A stretch of DNA of 63,981 bases, the filler included, from Octopus bimaculoides (lineage: Eukaryota): the NCBI RefSeq assembly GCF_001194135.2. It is 7 parts of 7 records of this genome, joined end to end, with 100 filler letters (N's around TTAATTAATTAA, not from the genome) between each part and the next. Parts side by side here need not be neighbours in the genome. Positions count along the whole stretch, not along the records: positions 1 to 16,067 come from NC_068996.1; 6 more parts are not named here. One strand, given 5' to 3'. The first letter of the stretch is position 1. Each line of letters begins with the position of its first letter. The notes under the pieces are model-generated. The model ran no database searches. It saw only the letters and a list, made by a program, of their open reading frames with translations, and was not told where the DNA came from. The translations under genes and the position numbers were made by a program. Below are positions 1 through 12,174 of this stretch, piece by piece.

Positions 1-29
1 ATATATATACATATGATATTTTTATGTGT

Positions 30-230
30 GTGTGTGTATGTGCTTGTCTCCCCCACCACCATTGTTTGACAACTAAAGTTAGTGTGTTTGCGTCCTCGTA
101 ACTGTTCGGCAGAAGATCTGATAGCATAAGCACCTGGCTTACAGGGAATACGTCCTAGGGTTGATTTCTTCGACTAAAGGGTGGTGCTCCAGCATGGCCA
201 CAGTAAAATGACTGAAACAAGTAAAAGAAT
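30..230 (+). mobile_element. SINE family 1, 3' half
   Basis: Homologous to 37800-37997. Confidence 0.85.
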
Positions 231-1497
231 AGCAGAAGAATGTTCCATACCACTAAACCAAGAAGGTTCTTTGAATATGTACGATGTATTTAAAGGTTAA
301 ATAGTAATTCCGTTTACGTTTGTGCAACTGAGATATTTTGGTTGGATTATATAGTCATTGGTGTTACCCTTCTTTCTATATTCTGTGTCACAATATAGAA
401 ACAGTTTTCATAGCACCAGCACACAATTTACAGATGTTTACATTTTTTCTATTTTCTGTGAATTTTTCAATGGTCCAGCTAGTTGTTATTAATGTGTGTT
501 TGTGTGTGTTTGGAGAGAAGCAGGGGTTTGCTCTCCGACTACTGTGATGCTTTTGATAAGAGTACATCATTTAGGATTGGCATTTAGTAAGTTGGAAGAG
601 GAAATGAGTAATTCAGTATTTGTCATTGTAACTTGAGAATGGGTGGTAACAATGGACATTGAGAACAAATAAAGGACTCCCCATTATTCTTGTAGTGAAC
701 ATCTTTCATATTTCCTGCAAAGCCGAAACCCCTCTCCAACAATGTTATCAAGGTTCAGCTCCTGAAAAAAGTTCAGTGAAAAACTTCCAAATTTCTTCTT
801 CAGTGATGAATATGTGACTTGCACACTCACTTCAGACTCCTGATGTTTCAAAAACAATAATGGATTATCCTGCATTTGTGTTCACGTTATTTGCTACTTT
901 GCCTAAAACAATATCATCTATGATGATTCAGAAATTTCGTTTTAGCCAACAAGTAAATTTCACTGCGTATGTATATCTAATTAACTTTTTAAAGTTTTGT
1001 CGCCTAGCCAAGTTCCAAAACAACTTATGGCTAATACCCAAAATTACGTCCATCTCATTGAACTATGTTTTGTTGGGTGATGAATGATACAATCCGATAA
1101 TTATTTTCAAGTGGTTGGTTTTGCATAACTTGTTGCTTCTGTATAGCAGTTAGTTGAGCAAAGAACGGCTTTTTGTGCTTTGCTTTCATTCGATAGTCTT
1201 ATCATTTTGGTATAACCTCCAGTCAAAAAATACTCTGGGATAATTTGTGAACTGGTTTTGCCCTTTTCGGTTTCTAATAGCAAAAGTACTAGAGAAATAA
1301 AAAGTGTGACGCCGGTCAATATCATAGGAAAGCCAAAGACAGAATTTAAGCATTTCACCCATGAAATCTGTAATGCAAAACTTCTTTCTAAATTTCTTTG
1401 GTTTATATTATGCCAAAACTAGTTGACTTAGCATAGTTTCATTGATATTGTCATGCAGATAAGTATCGGTTGGAGGTTTCCTGCAACATCATTGAAG

Positions 1498-1735
1498 CAA
1501 CTGAGGAAGTTTAAATATCTTGGGCCTGTATTTACGAATGATGGCAAACAAGCTGAACGGGATAATAGTATTTGCAGAAGCTGACACAGTAATGCACCTG
1601 TTCCAACATTCAACAATCAGAAAAGGAGGGGCTGCTAAAAGAACCAAACTTGTTATCTTCAGTTTGCTTTTGTGCCAATCATCGCCAATGGTTATAAATG
1701 CTGGGAAATAACCGAAAGAATACGAACAGGTACAG
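1498..1735 (+). mobile_element. RTE-clade LINE RT fragment
   Basis: KFKYLGPVFTNDGK ... VPIIANGYKCWEITERIR, frameshifted. Confidence 0.65.
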
Positions 1736-2048
1736 ACATGCGTGTTTTAAATGGTTATAGCTACAACGCCTTTTATATGAAGACAAACATGACAACAGCA
1801 AGAACAAATATCATAGCTTTATATTATTTATTGATTATAAGTGAATAGCTGTCAGTGTAGTAAAAAAGAAAGAAAACGTGTACAGAAAAAAGTAAACAAG
1901 GCCAGTAAGTTTCTTGCAGAGAAATATCAGAACGGAAACTTGGCTTTTCAAGACGTTAATCAGTATTAATCCACCTGTGGATTATTTTTGAATATATATT
2001 CAGCCTGAAGGAGAAAAAGAAGATAAAACAATTATTAAACAATAATTA

Positions 2049-2111
<63 letters not shown>

Positions 2112-2115
<4 letters not shown>

Positions 2116-3014
2116 GGGGGGAGTGGAAAGTTACTAGGCATTAGAAATTGCTTATAGAATTTTTAGTATCACTGAAGTCATGAAGAAAACATTTGTTAAA
2201 CTGACAACACTAATGGGGATTCCTTATTTTCTTATTCTCTTATATCTTATTTTCCAGATGCCGGGCTGCTTGACTGTCTAAGAGTGAGCTAAGATAGCAG
2301 CATGCTATGACATGTGGAATTCCATTGTTTTGGTTCAGAGATGGTGATGTGCATGGAAAGGTAAGCATGCAACTCTAAGTCCGGAAGCAATAAAAAGTTA
2401 TCATGCACAGCTGATGACCACGGGCCTCTGTGAACGATGCAAGAGAAAGTGGCTGTCCAACCACATCCCGATCAGCGGAGAATATGGCAACAGTTCAAGG
2501 AATGTTTGTTTGCAACCCGCAAAAATCAACATGTCAAGCAGCTTGTGAAAGAGAATTAACAAGACATAATATGTACAGTGTTGTACAAAGAATTGAATTT
2601 TTGTCTGTGGAAACCACATTACGTGCAAGATAAAAGATCTGAAGACTGTGACCGTAGAAGTTCAGAAGTCTAGAGCTCCAAGAAGTCCAAATTTCACTCC
2701 AAGTGATTTTTATCTGTGCAGTTACACAAAAGAGGTGTACAAGACAAAACCTCGCACACTGGAGGACTTGGAGACACGAATTCAGAAGGTTCTCAATGAT
2801 ATCTCAGACGACGTCCTTCTGAAGGCTGTTCATTCTATCCCTGACCGTCGTTTGGAGAAACTGGTTGACCCCACCTGTGCTTACGTTGAAATATGAAGAT
2901 TTACTTTCATTTTCTCATGTAATAAAGAACATGTATTATTTGTTTCAATAAATTTTAAAAAGGAATATGGAGTTTAGCACCAATTTTTAATGCCTACTTA
3001 CTTTTTACCCACTC

Positions 3015-3018
<4 letters not shown>
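2112..3018 (+). mobile_element. Internally deleted Tc1/mariner element, DD41D (rosa/Visitor)-like
   Basis: Degenerate ~38-bp TIRs (2112-2150 and 2981-3018) inside (TA)n. N-terminal HTH remnant MPGCLTV*E*AKIAACYDMWNSIVLVQRW and C-terminal PRSPNFTPSDFYLCSYTKEVYKTKPRTLEDLETRI. Catalytic core deleted near 2665. Confidence 0.75.
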
Positions 3019-3060
<42 letters not shown>

Positions 3061-3107
3061 CACGTATATATATATGCACTCATATATATATATATATACA
3101 TACACAA

Positions 3108-3228
3108 ACGTGACTGTGTGGCAAGAATCTTGTTTCCCAACCACATGGTTCTGAGTGGCATCTGGAGCAAGTGACTTCTACTATAGCTCTGGACCGACCA
3201 AAGACTTGTGACTAGATTTGGTAGACAT
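3108..3228 (+). mobile_element. SINE family 1, head
   Basis: Homologous to 37600-37740. Confidence 0.75.
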
Positions 3229-3831
3229 ACACACACATATACTCACACAGAGTAGAAACGCTCACACTACCAGTTTGCCATCACCCCTTCCTTCCTTATT
3301 CATCTATCACCCCTTCCTTTCTCTTTCATATGTTGTGACAAAGAAAGATACAAGGGTTTTATTATAGCAGATTGTTCAACAAATAAATATTCCACATGGA
3401 ATACTTATGTAAGACATGGAAGGGAGATACCTGTCATCGGATACATATGAGAAAAGATAGAAGCAAGTGGTATGCTTGTTGGGAATGAAAGGTCCAATAT
3501 GAGTATGCCCATAAAAGGTTAACAAAAATGGTTTCAGTGGAGGTATGCATCTTGCGGGGTAATAACCATCCCTCTCACTCTATTTGTACTGTGCTTTGTT
3601 CGTCCCCTCATTCTATATATTTCCATAAAATATTAAAATTCATTATGTATATACCATTCGTTTACCCAGACCCCGCTTTTCATTTTGTATTGTCCCTCTG
3701 TGTTTGGCCCTTGTGGTTGAAATAAAAATCATTCCTAATTTGAATGCTCTGTCCTTTGGAAAAAAAAAATATTATTCTTGTTTTATTTGAGACAAACACT
3801 TTGTCCACCAATAAACTGAATTGGCTAATAA

Positions 3832-4022
3832 GAATGGTTTCAAATTTTGGTACAAGGTCTGAAATTTTGAGAAACGGGGAAAAGTTGATCATATCGGCCC
3901 CAATGTTTGTCTGGAACTTATTTTATCAATCCTGGAAAGACACAACATATAAATGGATAAAATGCCTCCAAGCATTCCACCTGGAATACTAGCTACTAAT
4001 GATTCTGCCATCTTGCCACCTT
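3832..4022 (-). mobile_element. SINE family 3, degraded
   Basis: Tail tttcaaattttggtacaagg and head gattctgccatcttgccacc as in the other copies. Confidence 0.65.
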
Positions 4023-4108
4023 ACTGCTGCTGCTGCTATCACTACTACTACTGCTGCTGCTATTACCACTACTACTACTACTACTGCTGCTGCTGCCACC
4101 ACAGCAAC

Positions 4109-4866
4109 ATCAAGGTTCTCTCAATGATTAGCCAGAGATGGTTTTTAAAATGGAAGAGGTAGGCCCAGGAAGACCTGGGCTGAGGTGGTGAGGCAAGACC
4201 TTCGAACATTGGGCCTCACCGAGGTGATGACTACTGACTGAGACCTTTGGAAATGTGCTGTGCGTGAGAAGACCCGGCAAGCCAAGTGAGACCTAAATCC
4301 AAGGCCTCTGCCAGGGGTGTAGCCAGCCCACTTATGAGCACCTTTTCTACATTGAACACTAAACTCCGCTTGCGAAGACTTGTTGAGGCAAGTGAAATCG
4401 AACTAAATTTGACAACTGGCACCCGTGCCAACGTCGTCTCCTTCATTGGACACAAAACTCAGCTTACGAAGACTTATTGGGGCAAGCGAAAGCGAAATTG
4501 GGATAGCACCTGTGTCCAGCGTCGCCTTTCTGGCACTGGTGCCCGTGACATGTGTAAGGATTTTCAAGTGAGATCGCTGCCAGTGCACCTGGACTGGCTC
4601 TTGTGCAGGTGACACATAAAATACACCATTTTGAGCGTGGCCATTGCCAGTACTGCCTGACTGGCCTTCGTGCGGGTGACACGTAAAAGCACCCACTACA
4701 CTCTCTGAGTGGTTGGCGTTAGGAAGGGCATCCAGCTGTAGAAACTCTGCCAAATTAGATTGGAGCCTGGTGTTGCCATCCGGTTTCACCAGTCCTCAGT
4801 CAAATCGTCCAACCCATGCTAGCATGGAAAGCGGATGTTAAACGATGATGATGATGATGATGATGA
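4109..4866 (+). mobile_element. RTE-clade LINE 3' end with long 3' UTR and (GAT)n tail
   Basis: GRGRPRKTWAEVVRQDLRTLGLTEVMTTD*DLWKCAVREKTRQAK* (4152-4289), then UTR ending gttaaacgatgatgatg. Confidence 0.8.
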
Positions 4867-5124
4867 ATATTTGAAATAAACTCGACTGCTCTCACAAATG
4901 AGAATATTAGAAAAAAAACTGGAAAAATAATCCAGAATCCTTGTCCAGTACTGAATCGATCCAAAAATCTAATCAGTTTGTGCCAGTCTTGAGGCCAAAC
5001 ATCCCTCAAAGTTTCATTCGAATCCATCTAGTGGTTCTTGGGATATCTTGTCCATGGACAAACAAACAAACAAACACGACTGAAAACAATACTTCCGCCT
5101 TAATAATAATAATAATAATAATAA

Positions 5125-5267
5125 TATGAGATCACCATGTTGCGCACATATGCTTGTGATGCATGTGCCTGGTGTACCCTAATCAGACAGGTAGTCATGA
5201 TGGGTATAATGGGCTTCGTATATTTTAACCCCGTGTCACTTTGATGGCATGCACTGCTCTCTCACCC

Positions 5268-5268
<1 letters not shown>
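5125..5268 (+). mobile_element. Short retroelement 3' end between two (AAT)n tracts
   Basis: Non-repetitive 140 bp flanked on both sides by (AAT)n; family not assigned. Confidence 0.4.
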
Positions 5269-5300
<32 letters not shown>

Positions 5301-5364
5301 CTATTTTGGTTACAACAGGAGCAATGAGTAGAAGACACGAGCAGGACAAATTACAAACAGTTTA

Positions 5365-5760
5365 GGCATAGGCATGGCTGTGTGGTTAAGAAGCTTGCTT
5401 AGCAGCCATATGGTTTCATGTTCAGTTCCTATGCATGGTACCCAGGACATGTGTCTTTTAGTATACCTGTGAGAATAACAATGCCTTGTGAGTAAATTTA
5501 GGAGAGAGAAACTGTGTGGAAGCCTGATGTGTGTGCATGTGTATGTGTGTGTGTGTCTTTGTGTCTGTATTTTCTCCCACTATCACTTGACATCTAGTAT
5601 TGGTTTGTTTATGTTCCTGTAATGTAGCAGTTTGGCAAAAGAGACTGATGGAATGAGTATCAAGCTTTAAAAATCTCTCCTGGGGATCGATTTGTTCAAC
5701 TAAAAACTTCGAGGTTTTGCCCCAGCATGGCTGCAGTCCAATGACTAAAACAACTAAAAG
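5365..5760 (+). mobile_element. SINE family 1, full length, CpG-decayed
   Basis: Head, central TG tract and tail are colinear with 37594-37997. Confidence 0.85.
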
Positions 5761-6215
5761 GTACAACAGTGCCTTATAGATGACAATGATTATGATGACG
5801 AGATGACAGACAATGATGATGATGGCAATGATGATGACAACGACACTGATGATGGTCATGGTGGTGATGATGTTGCCAATGGTAACCACGTTAGTGACAA
5901 CAATTTCTATCTGAAACTAAAAATTTAGTTAACTGAACTAAAAGTGGAGTATGCCTTTTTATTTTAATAACCTTGTTGTGATGAAAGGCAGAGTCACATG
6001 AGTGTGCAAATTCAGAGTTCAGACCAAAATTAACAAGAGAAAAGCATACCCACCAAATAATCGACGGGGTCCTCGGGTCTAACTTTGCAGCAGTCAATCA
6101 ATCCATTAGACAGGGTCGGCATGATATGTGTCATCAGGTAATTCCGCAAAGGTAATGATCTGGCTTGCAGCAGTTCATACTCTTGTTGTTTCACTTCACT
6201 CAATTTTTTGGCCTA

Positions 6216-6266
<51 letters not shown>

Positions 6267-6341
6267 TGATGATGATGATGATGATGGTGATGGTGATGGT
6301 GGTGATGGTGATGGTGATGATGATGATGGTGATGGTGATGG

Positions 6342-6381
<40 letters not shown>

Positions 6382-6390
6382 AATAATAAT
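6216..6390. repeat. Compound trinucleotide microsatellite AAT-GAT-GGT/GAT-GAT-AAT
   Basis: Read directly; source of the poly-I/M/H/S ORFs. Confidence 0.98.
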
Positions 6391-6860
6391 AAAGACAGGG
6401 AAGAAAATACTTGTAGACTAATATTTGTAAGTGTTCCCACTGATAAAAATACATCTGTAAAGGAATTTGACAAATTAAGTAAATATAAGGACTTGGAAAT
6501 TGAAATACAGAAATTGTGGCATCTTACAGTAAGGAGAACTGTTCCTGTTATTGTAGGTGCTCTAAGTATGATTAAAAAAAAAAGGGGATGTCAGAAACAT
6601 TTAGATAACATCCCAGGAGAACCGTGTCTCAGAGAAATCCAAAAGATTATGCTAATGAGTACTGCCCACACCCTTAAAAAAAAACCATCAATTTAAATGT
6701 CTGTGTTGTATTACATGAAGATATTTTGCTACTGCCTCTGTCACTTCCCCTCACCAAGCTTTCAGTCAAACTGTAACATCTCTTATCCTTCACATGCTTT
6801 AGGACAATGGGTGTGTCTTGGCAAATGATTTTAACAAACATGCAGATTAAAAGTAAATAA
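6385..6860 (+). mobile_element. R4/Dong-clade (REL endonuclease) LINE 3' fragment 1
   Basis: KEFDKLSKYKDLEIEIQKLWHL..VPVIVGAL.MIKK..CQKHLDNIPGEPCLREIQKIMLMSTAH, then a 3' UTR ending in aataacaac. Confidence 0.8.
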
Positions 6861-6865
6861 CAACA

Positions 6866-8144
6866 TTGCACAAAGAAATGAAAGACAAGGTCATCACTGC
6901 ATATTTCAAGCATCTCAAACTTCTTTTGAAATCAAAGCTCGACTCAAGGAACCTTGTGACAGCCATCAACATATGGGCTGTTGCTGTAGTCCGCTATAGT
7001 GCACCCATCCTGAGATGGACACAAGAGGAGATTGACCAACTCAATCGCACTACCCGAAAGACAATGACAATGCATGGTGCCCTCCTCCCTAAGGTAAATA
7101 TACACAGGCTCTACATGAAGAGAGGTAAGGGTGGACGTAGGCTGATTAGCATATGGAAGTGCATCAACAGTGAAAGAAGAAACATGGTAGAATATTTGGA
7201 AAACGGCAAACCAGACCAGCTACAGTATGCTGCTAAGGCAGATGGAGTTAACAAAAATGGACTTGAGAGTGCTTATGAATTCCAATCAAGAACTGCCAAT
7301 GAGTGAGAAGAAACCTTACTCTGTATGGAATTACGTGGTTAGTTCCACAGTGAAGCCAACAAGGAAGCATGATGGAAGTGGCTCCACAAGGGTGACCTGA
7401 TAAAAGAAGACTGAAAGCCTAATCATCATGGCCCAAGACCAGGCATTGAATATCAACTCAGTGAAAAAGAATATATACCACACAAGTGCAATGGACCTCT
7501 GCAGAATGTGTGGGAAGAGGGCTGAATGTGTGATTCTCATTGTTAGTGCTGGTAAAAGTCTTGCACTGAAAGAGTACAAACATAGACATGACAAGGTAGT
7601 CCAAAACCTCCACTGGCTACTGTACCATAGGTATGGATATGAGGTTATGGGTGCATGGTACCAATATGCACTGGAAAAGGTAACAGACAAAAAAGGGAAA
7701 GCAAAAATCCTCTGGGATTTTGATTTCCAGACAGATAAAGATATTAGAGCACCGAAGGCCAGATATAGTAACCTTTAGGAGGGACAAACAAGAGTGCCTA
7801 ATAATTGACGTAGCAATGCCAGGAGATCAATATATCATCATGAAAGAAAGAGAAAAAGTTGATAAATATGGAGAGCTGAGAATTGAGATCGCTAAGATGT
7901 GGCAGCTATGAGAGTCAAACATAAAGGTTATCCCTATTGTCATTCGAACATTGGGTTCAATGATACCCAATCTGAAAAAGCATCTGAATACCTTAGAAAT
8001 ACCATACAATCTAGGTGTATTGCAAAAGTCAGCATTACTTCTGTCTGGGCTCCTTGTTGTGGCTTGACAAACAGTACAAACCCCCAATAGACACAATATC
8101 ATCAATGAACAACCTCATGATATTGTATATTGTGTGACGCCTAT

Positions 8145-8150
<6 letters not shown>
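6866..8150 (+). mobile_element. R4/Dong-clade LINE 3' fragment 2
   Basis: RT thumb (AINIWAVAVVRYSA...RLYMKRGKGGR), AQDQAL, degenerate CCHC CRMCG...EYKHRHDKV, REL domain KILWDF..QTD...RPDIV...IIDVAMPGD...EKVDKY; frameshifted. Confidence 0.9.
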
Positions 8151-8186
<36 letters not shown>

Positions 8187-8189
8187 TAT

Positions 8190-8578
8190 CTTAAATGTAG
8201 CAAACCAAGATCAAGTGATAAAAACAAACAACTTGAGAAAAAATTTATATGGAGAGAATGTGTCAGAAAAATGTAGAACCTGTGGAACTTGGAACGAGAC
8301 AGTGGCAAACATTGTGGGAGAACGCTCCAAGTTGGCACAGGAAGAATATAAGAAATGGAGGCATGACTAGGCTTTACACTGGAAACTGTGCCACGTATTT
8401 CCTACCAGGAATAAGACCAAACCTGAACCAAACCAAAATAATAATATTCTTGGAAACTGCAAAAGTTCTTCACAGGGTTATTAAAGTATGATCTCTAAAC
8501 AAGAACTCCTTGGTCTGCTGGCTGTGGACAGCTGAAACTTTCCATCATACCCAGCAAGATATGCTGAGAGTCTTCATC
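8190..8578 (+). mobile_element. R4/Dong-clade LINE fragment 3, internally deleted
   Basis: ANQDQVIKTN...KCRTCGTWNETVANIV...LAQEEYKKWRHD, joined to the C-terminal ETAKVLHRVI*; (AAC)n tail. Confidence 0.8.
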
Positions 8579-8637
8579 AAACAACAACAACAACAACAAC
8601 AACAACAGTTCCTTTTATTAGCCATAAGGGCTTAGAT

Positions 8638-8983
8638 CAGGGGTTCTCAACCATTTCTTATCTATGGACCCCTTCGATTACTGTTTTACTCCAGTAGATC
8701 CCCATAGCCATTTGATGCTTATAAACAAGCTTTATAGAAATACAAAATTCCTAATTTGTATTTTCACATATTAACTTGTGTATGTTGAACAATGTAAAAT
8801 GTGGGGGAAAGAAGCCCAGCTGTTTCTTGCAATACTTTCCCTATACATACATCTAAAGCAAAATTTTTTCAGGAGCCCTTAAAATGCTATTGTAGACCCC
8901 CAATTTACTATTTTGTTACATGGACCCTGCAAAATATTATATGGATCTTCAGGAGCCATATGGACCCCAGCTGAGAACTACTG
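8638..8983. mobile_element. hAT (Buster/Charlie-type) MITE, 346 bp
   Basis: Ends CAGGGGTTCTCAACC / AGCTGAGAACTACTG; exact 8-bp TSD gcttagat (8630-8637, 8984-8991) with central TA. Confidence 0.9.
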
Positions 8984-9344
8984 GCTTAGATGAAAGAAAC
9001 ATCACAAGGACAGACAACAATTTGTGTGGGAGGTCACATAATGGATGGGGGGAAGGAAATAGAAAAAAACAGTGAAGCGCAATAAAAGTATAGATAATAT
9101 ACAAAGTATACGATAACATGAATGACGCAGTCCTCGTGGCACAAGAGAATCTCCAACTAGAACAAATCAAGGAACCTCAGAGACCCAGGATCATCCTGAC
9201 CACCAAAGACATGAGCCCTCTCTCCTTCTCTCTCCAATCTATAGGAACATACCTAGAGTGAGGCCATTCATTCTAACCATATTTTGCCAGTCAGCTATCT
9301 TTTCACAAATTCCCTGGGAGGTAGCACTTGCCCTTCCACTCTCG

Positions 9345-10017
9345 CTTTCTTTGGCACAAAGCCTAAAATTTTGGGGGAGGAACTTAGTCGAGTACATCAA
9401 CCACCGTACTCAACTGGAGTCAATGTACTACAAAGGCAAAGTCAACCATGGCAGGATTTGAACTCAACATATATGAGCAGGTGGAATGCTGCTAAACATT
9501 TTTACTGGGGTGCTAGCGATTCTGCCAGCCCACCACTCTAACAACAATAACAACAACAACATCATTAACAACAATAATAATAATAATAATTCTTTCTACT
9601 AAAGGCACAAGGCCTGAAATTTGAGGGGAGAGGGATAGTTGATCACAATGACCCCAGTGCTCAACTGGTACTTATTTTATCGACCCCGAAAGGATGAAAG
9701 GCAAAATCAACCGCAGCATGATTTGAACTCAGAACATAAAGACGGACAAAATGCCACAAAGTGTTTCACCCGGTGCTCTAATGATTCAGCAAGCTTGCTG
9801 TCCCAACAACACCAATAATAATAATCTTCACTACTATAGGCACAAAGCCTGAAATTACATTGACCCCAGTGTTTCACTGGTACTTAATTTATCAACCCTG
9901 AAAGGATGAAAGGTAAAGTCTACCTTGGCAAAATTTGAACTCAGAAGTTGGTGATGGGCAAAATACTACTAAGCACTTCTCCTGGCATACTAACAGTTCT
10001 GCTAGCTCGCCGCCCTA
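9345..10017 (-). mobile_element. Three head-to-tail copies of SINE family 3 (Meta-domain-like core)
   Basis: Copies at about 9345-9540, 9591-9805 and 9826-10017 share the minus-strand core GCCTTTCATCCTTTCGGGGTCGATAAAATAAGTACCAG (partly deleted in the first) and are separated by (AAC/AAT)n. Confidence 0.85.
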
Positions 10018-11114
10018 ATAACAACAACAACAGTACAAACAATGATGATCCTTTCTTGCCAATTGAGATACCCCAGCACCCAAGATCTTCCTGAACCTCA
10101 AAGTTATATGCTCTCTCCAATATTTGTTCTTTGATTTACATGTCTATATCTAGAATAGTATCATCAATTCTTTCTAGTAAATCATCGCAACATTCACCCA
10201 TTTTCCAATAAATTCATTTAAGGACGGTATTCCCTCTCCACCCTCTCCTTTCGTTTCAAGTGAAACTTGAAGAATTCAATAAGAGCTTTACCAAAACTCT
10301 GACCTCGTACCTTTCAGCCTCATCTACCAGACAACTGCTTTCATTATTGACATTAAATAAAGGAAATCTCCCCTACCCAGTGAAAGCAGGGCAAAAGACA
10401 ATCATCACTATGTACTCACTATGTACTTAGTTATTTTCTGCCTGGTACAAACACCTTTAACCAACATATTAAACTAGAATGGGCTGAAATACAAATGCTA
10501 TGAGAAAACAACTGTTTGTATGTCATGCTGAAGATGATAAGCAACGGCACCAAACTACCGCAGACAGTATACGGATTAAATAGGGAAAATGGATTGAGAT
10601 TAGGGTTATAAGAATGTATCAAGGCAACCACGAAGAGAGAAAAAATTAAGAATGCTAATATTGTACTGGATACAGACATTTTCTTATCATTATAAGAGAA
10701 TTACAACTGACAGTCATATAAGTGCATAAGAATGAATGAACTGGACAAGAGTGCAACAAGATATACAAAAGAAAGACAAGACTGAGAAGCTAATTTCCAT
10801 TGTTATTAATAATTTATAGTTATTTCATTCTCAGATAGACTCTGAATGATTTAGCAAGCTAATACAGGATACTAGAAATACGATGAGTGGCTTTACAACA
10901 CACTATGTTATATAGAAAGATTTGAGAGATTCTTAATGAGAGTTCTCAACCTTATAAAAACAACAGCCAAATATTCCTTAAATCATACTGTGGCATCTGA
11001 TAATGAGATTTTTAATTATATATTTATTACAGAAAATAAACTCACTGAACCAGTATAGCCAATGTAGCTGGTTCAATCAATGTTTGCCTGGAGCTGAACA
11101 TTTTTATTACTAAT

Positions 11115-11300
11115 ATAACCATTTGAGGTGAGAGTCTAGTCAATCACATCAACTCCAGTGCGTAACTGGTACTTATTTTATCAACCCTGAAAGGATGAAA
11201 GGCAAAGTCTATCTTGGTGGCATTTGAACTCAGAACGTAAAAGCCAAAAGAAATGTCACTAAGCATCATTTCCACTATGGTAACCATTCTAAATAACAGC
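11115..11300 (-). mobile_element. SINE family 3
   Basis: Same core: aactggtacttattttatcaaccctgaaaggatgaaaggcaaagt on the plus strand. Confidence 0.85.
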
Positions 11301-11757
11301 AGCAGATAACGTTCTTCTTGGTGGAACGCGTTACTTCCACAAGAAACAAAATATCTGATACTATTTTTTTTGCTCAAATGTGACCTGGAGCAAGATACGA
11401 TGCTCAAAACCTCATCATCAAATGTTTTCGTTTTTAACAGAAGTAATGGATGCATATATTTCTACTGTCTTTCAAGAAAAGCTGCTTTCAACCCATTCCT
11501 ATGTCAAACTGGAAACTCTCTTAGTGACTTCATTCCGATTCCTTCCCACTAGAGGTCTGGCCAAATCAAACTCTAAACTTCTCAACAGAGCAAAGAGAAC
11601 AGTAATCTAGAATGCTGGCAGGTATAAACTTGCCTCTCCAAGTGCCACATTGCAAGGCCACAGACTTTTCTAGATTAATGCATGCTCCTGTTTTTGCTAG
11701 GTATTCCCTCAGTGTAGTTCCTTCAGCTGCCATGACAAGAACAATAACAACAACAAT

Positions 11758-12150
11758 CTTTCCTACTCTAGGCAAAAAGTCTAAAATTTTTGCAGAGGAG
11801 GAAAGTTGATTACATCGACTCCAAGTGCTTGACTGGTACTTTTTTCAATGCCCCCTAAATGAAATGAAAGGCAAAGTTGACCTTGGCTGAATTTGAACTC
11901 AGAATGTAAAGACAAACGAAATGCTGCTAAGCATTTTGTCTGGTGTGATAATGATGATGATGATGATTTCAAACTTTGGTGCTAGGCCAGCAGTTTTGGG
12001 CTATTGGGATAAATCGACAACATTGACCCCAATGCTCAAATGGTACTTTTACCGACTTCAAAAGGATGGAAGGTAAAGCTAACCTCGGCAGAATTTGAAC
12101 ACAGAACATAAAGATAGATGAAACACCACTAAGCATTTGGCATAACATGC
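11758..12150 (-). mobile_element. Two head-to-tail copies of SINE family 3
   Basis: About 11758-11950 and 11968-12150, separated by (GAT)n. Confidence 0.85.
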
Positions 12151-12174
12151 TATTGATAATAATAATAATAATTC

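Larger units (their letters stand above)
8607..11735 (-). mobile_element. Tx1/L1-clade LINE 3' part 1, interrupted by a MITE and SINEs
   Basis: RT-thumb piece TLREYLAKTGACINLEKSVALQCGTWRGK (11300-11735) and C-terminal piece AVVW*MRLKG...GKALIEFFKFHLKRKERVER...FIGKWVNVA (10180-10400). 3' end tggctaataaaagg abuts (GTT)n. That these pieces form one copy is inferred. Confidence 0.6.

Noticed and set aside
684-1358. Possible piggyBac transposase relic on the minus strand
   Set aside because: Only vague resemblance (LLERGFGFAGNMK); no diagnostic motif or TTAA-flanked ends found.
4286-4789. ORFs of 108 and 128 aa
   Set aside because: They lie in the RTE 3' UTR, after the RTE ORF stop at 4289.
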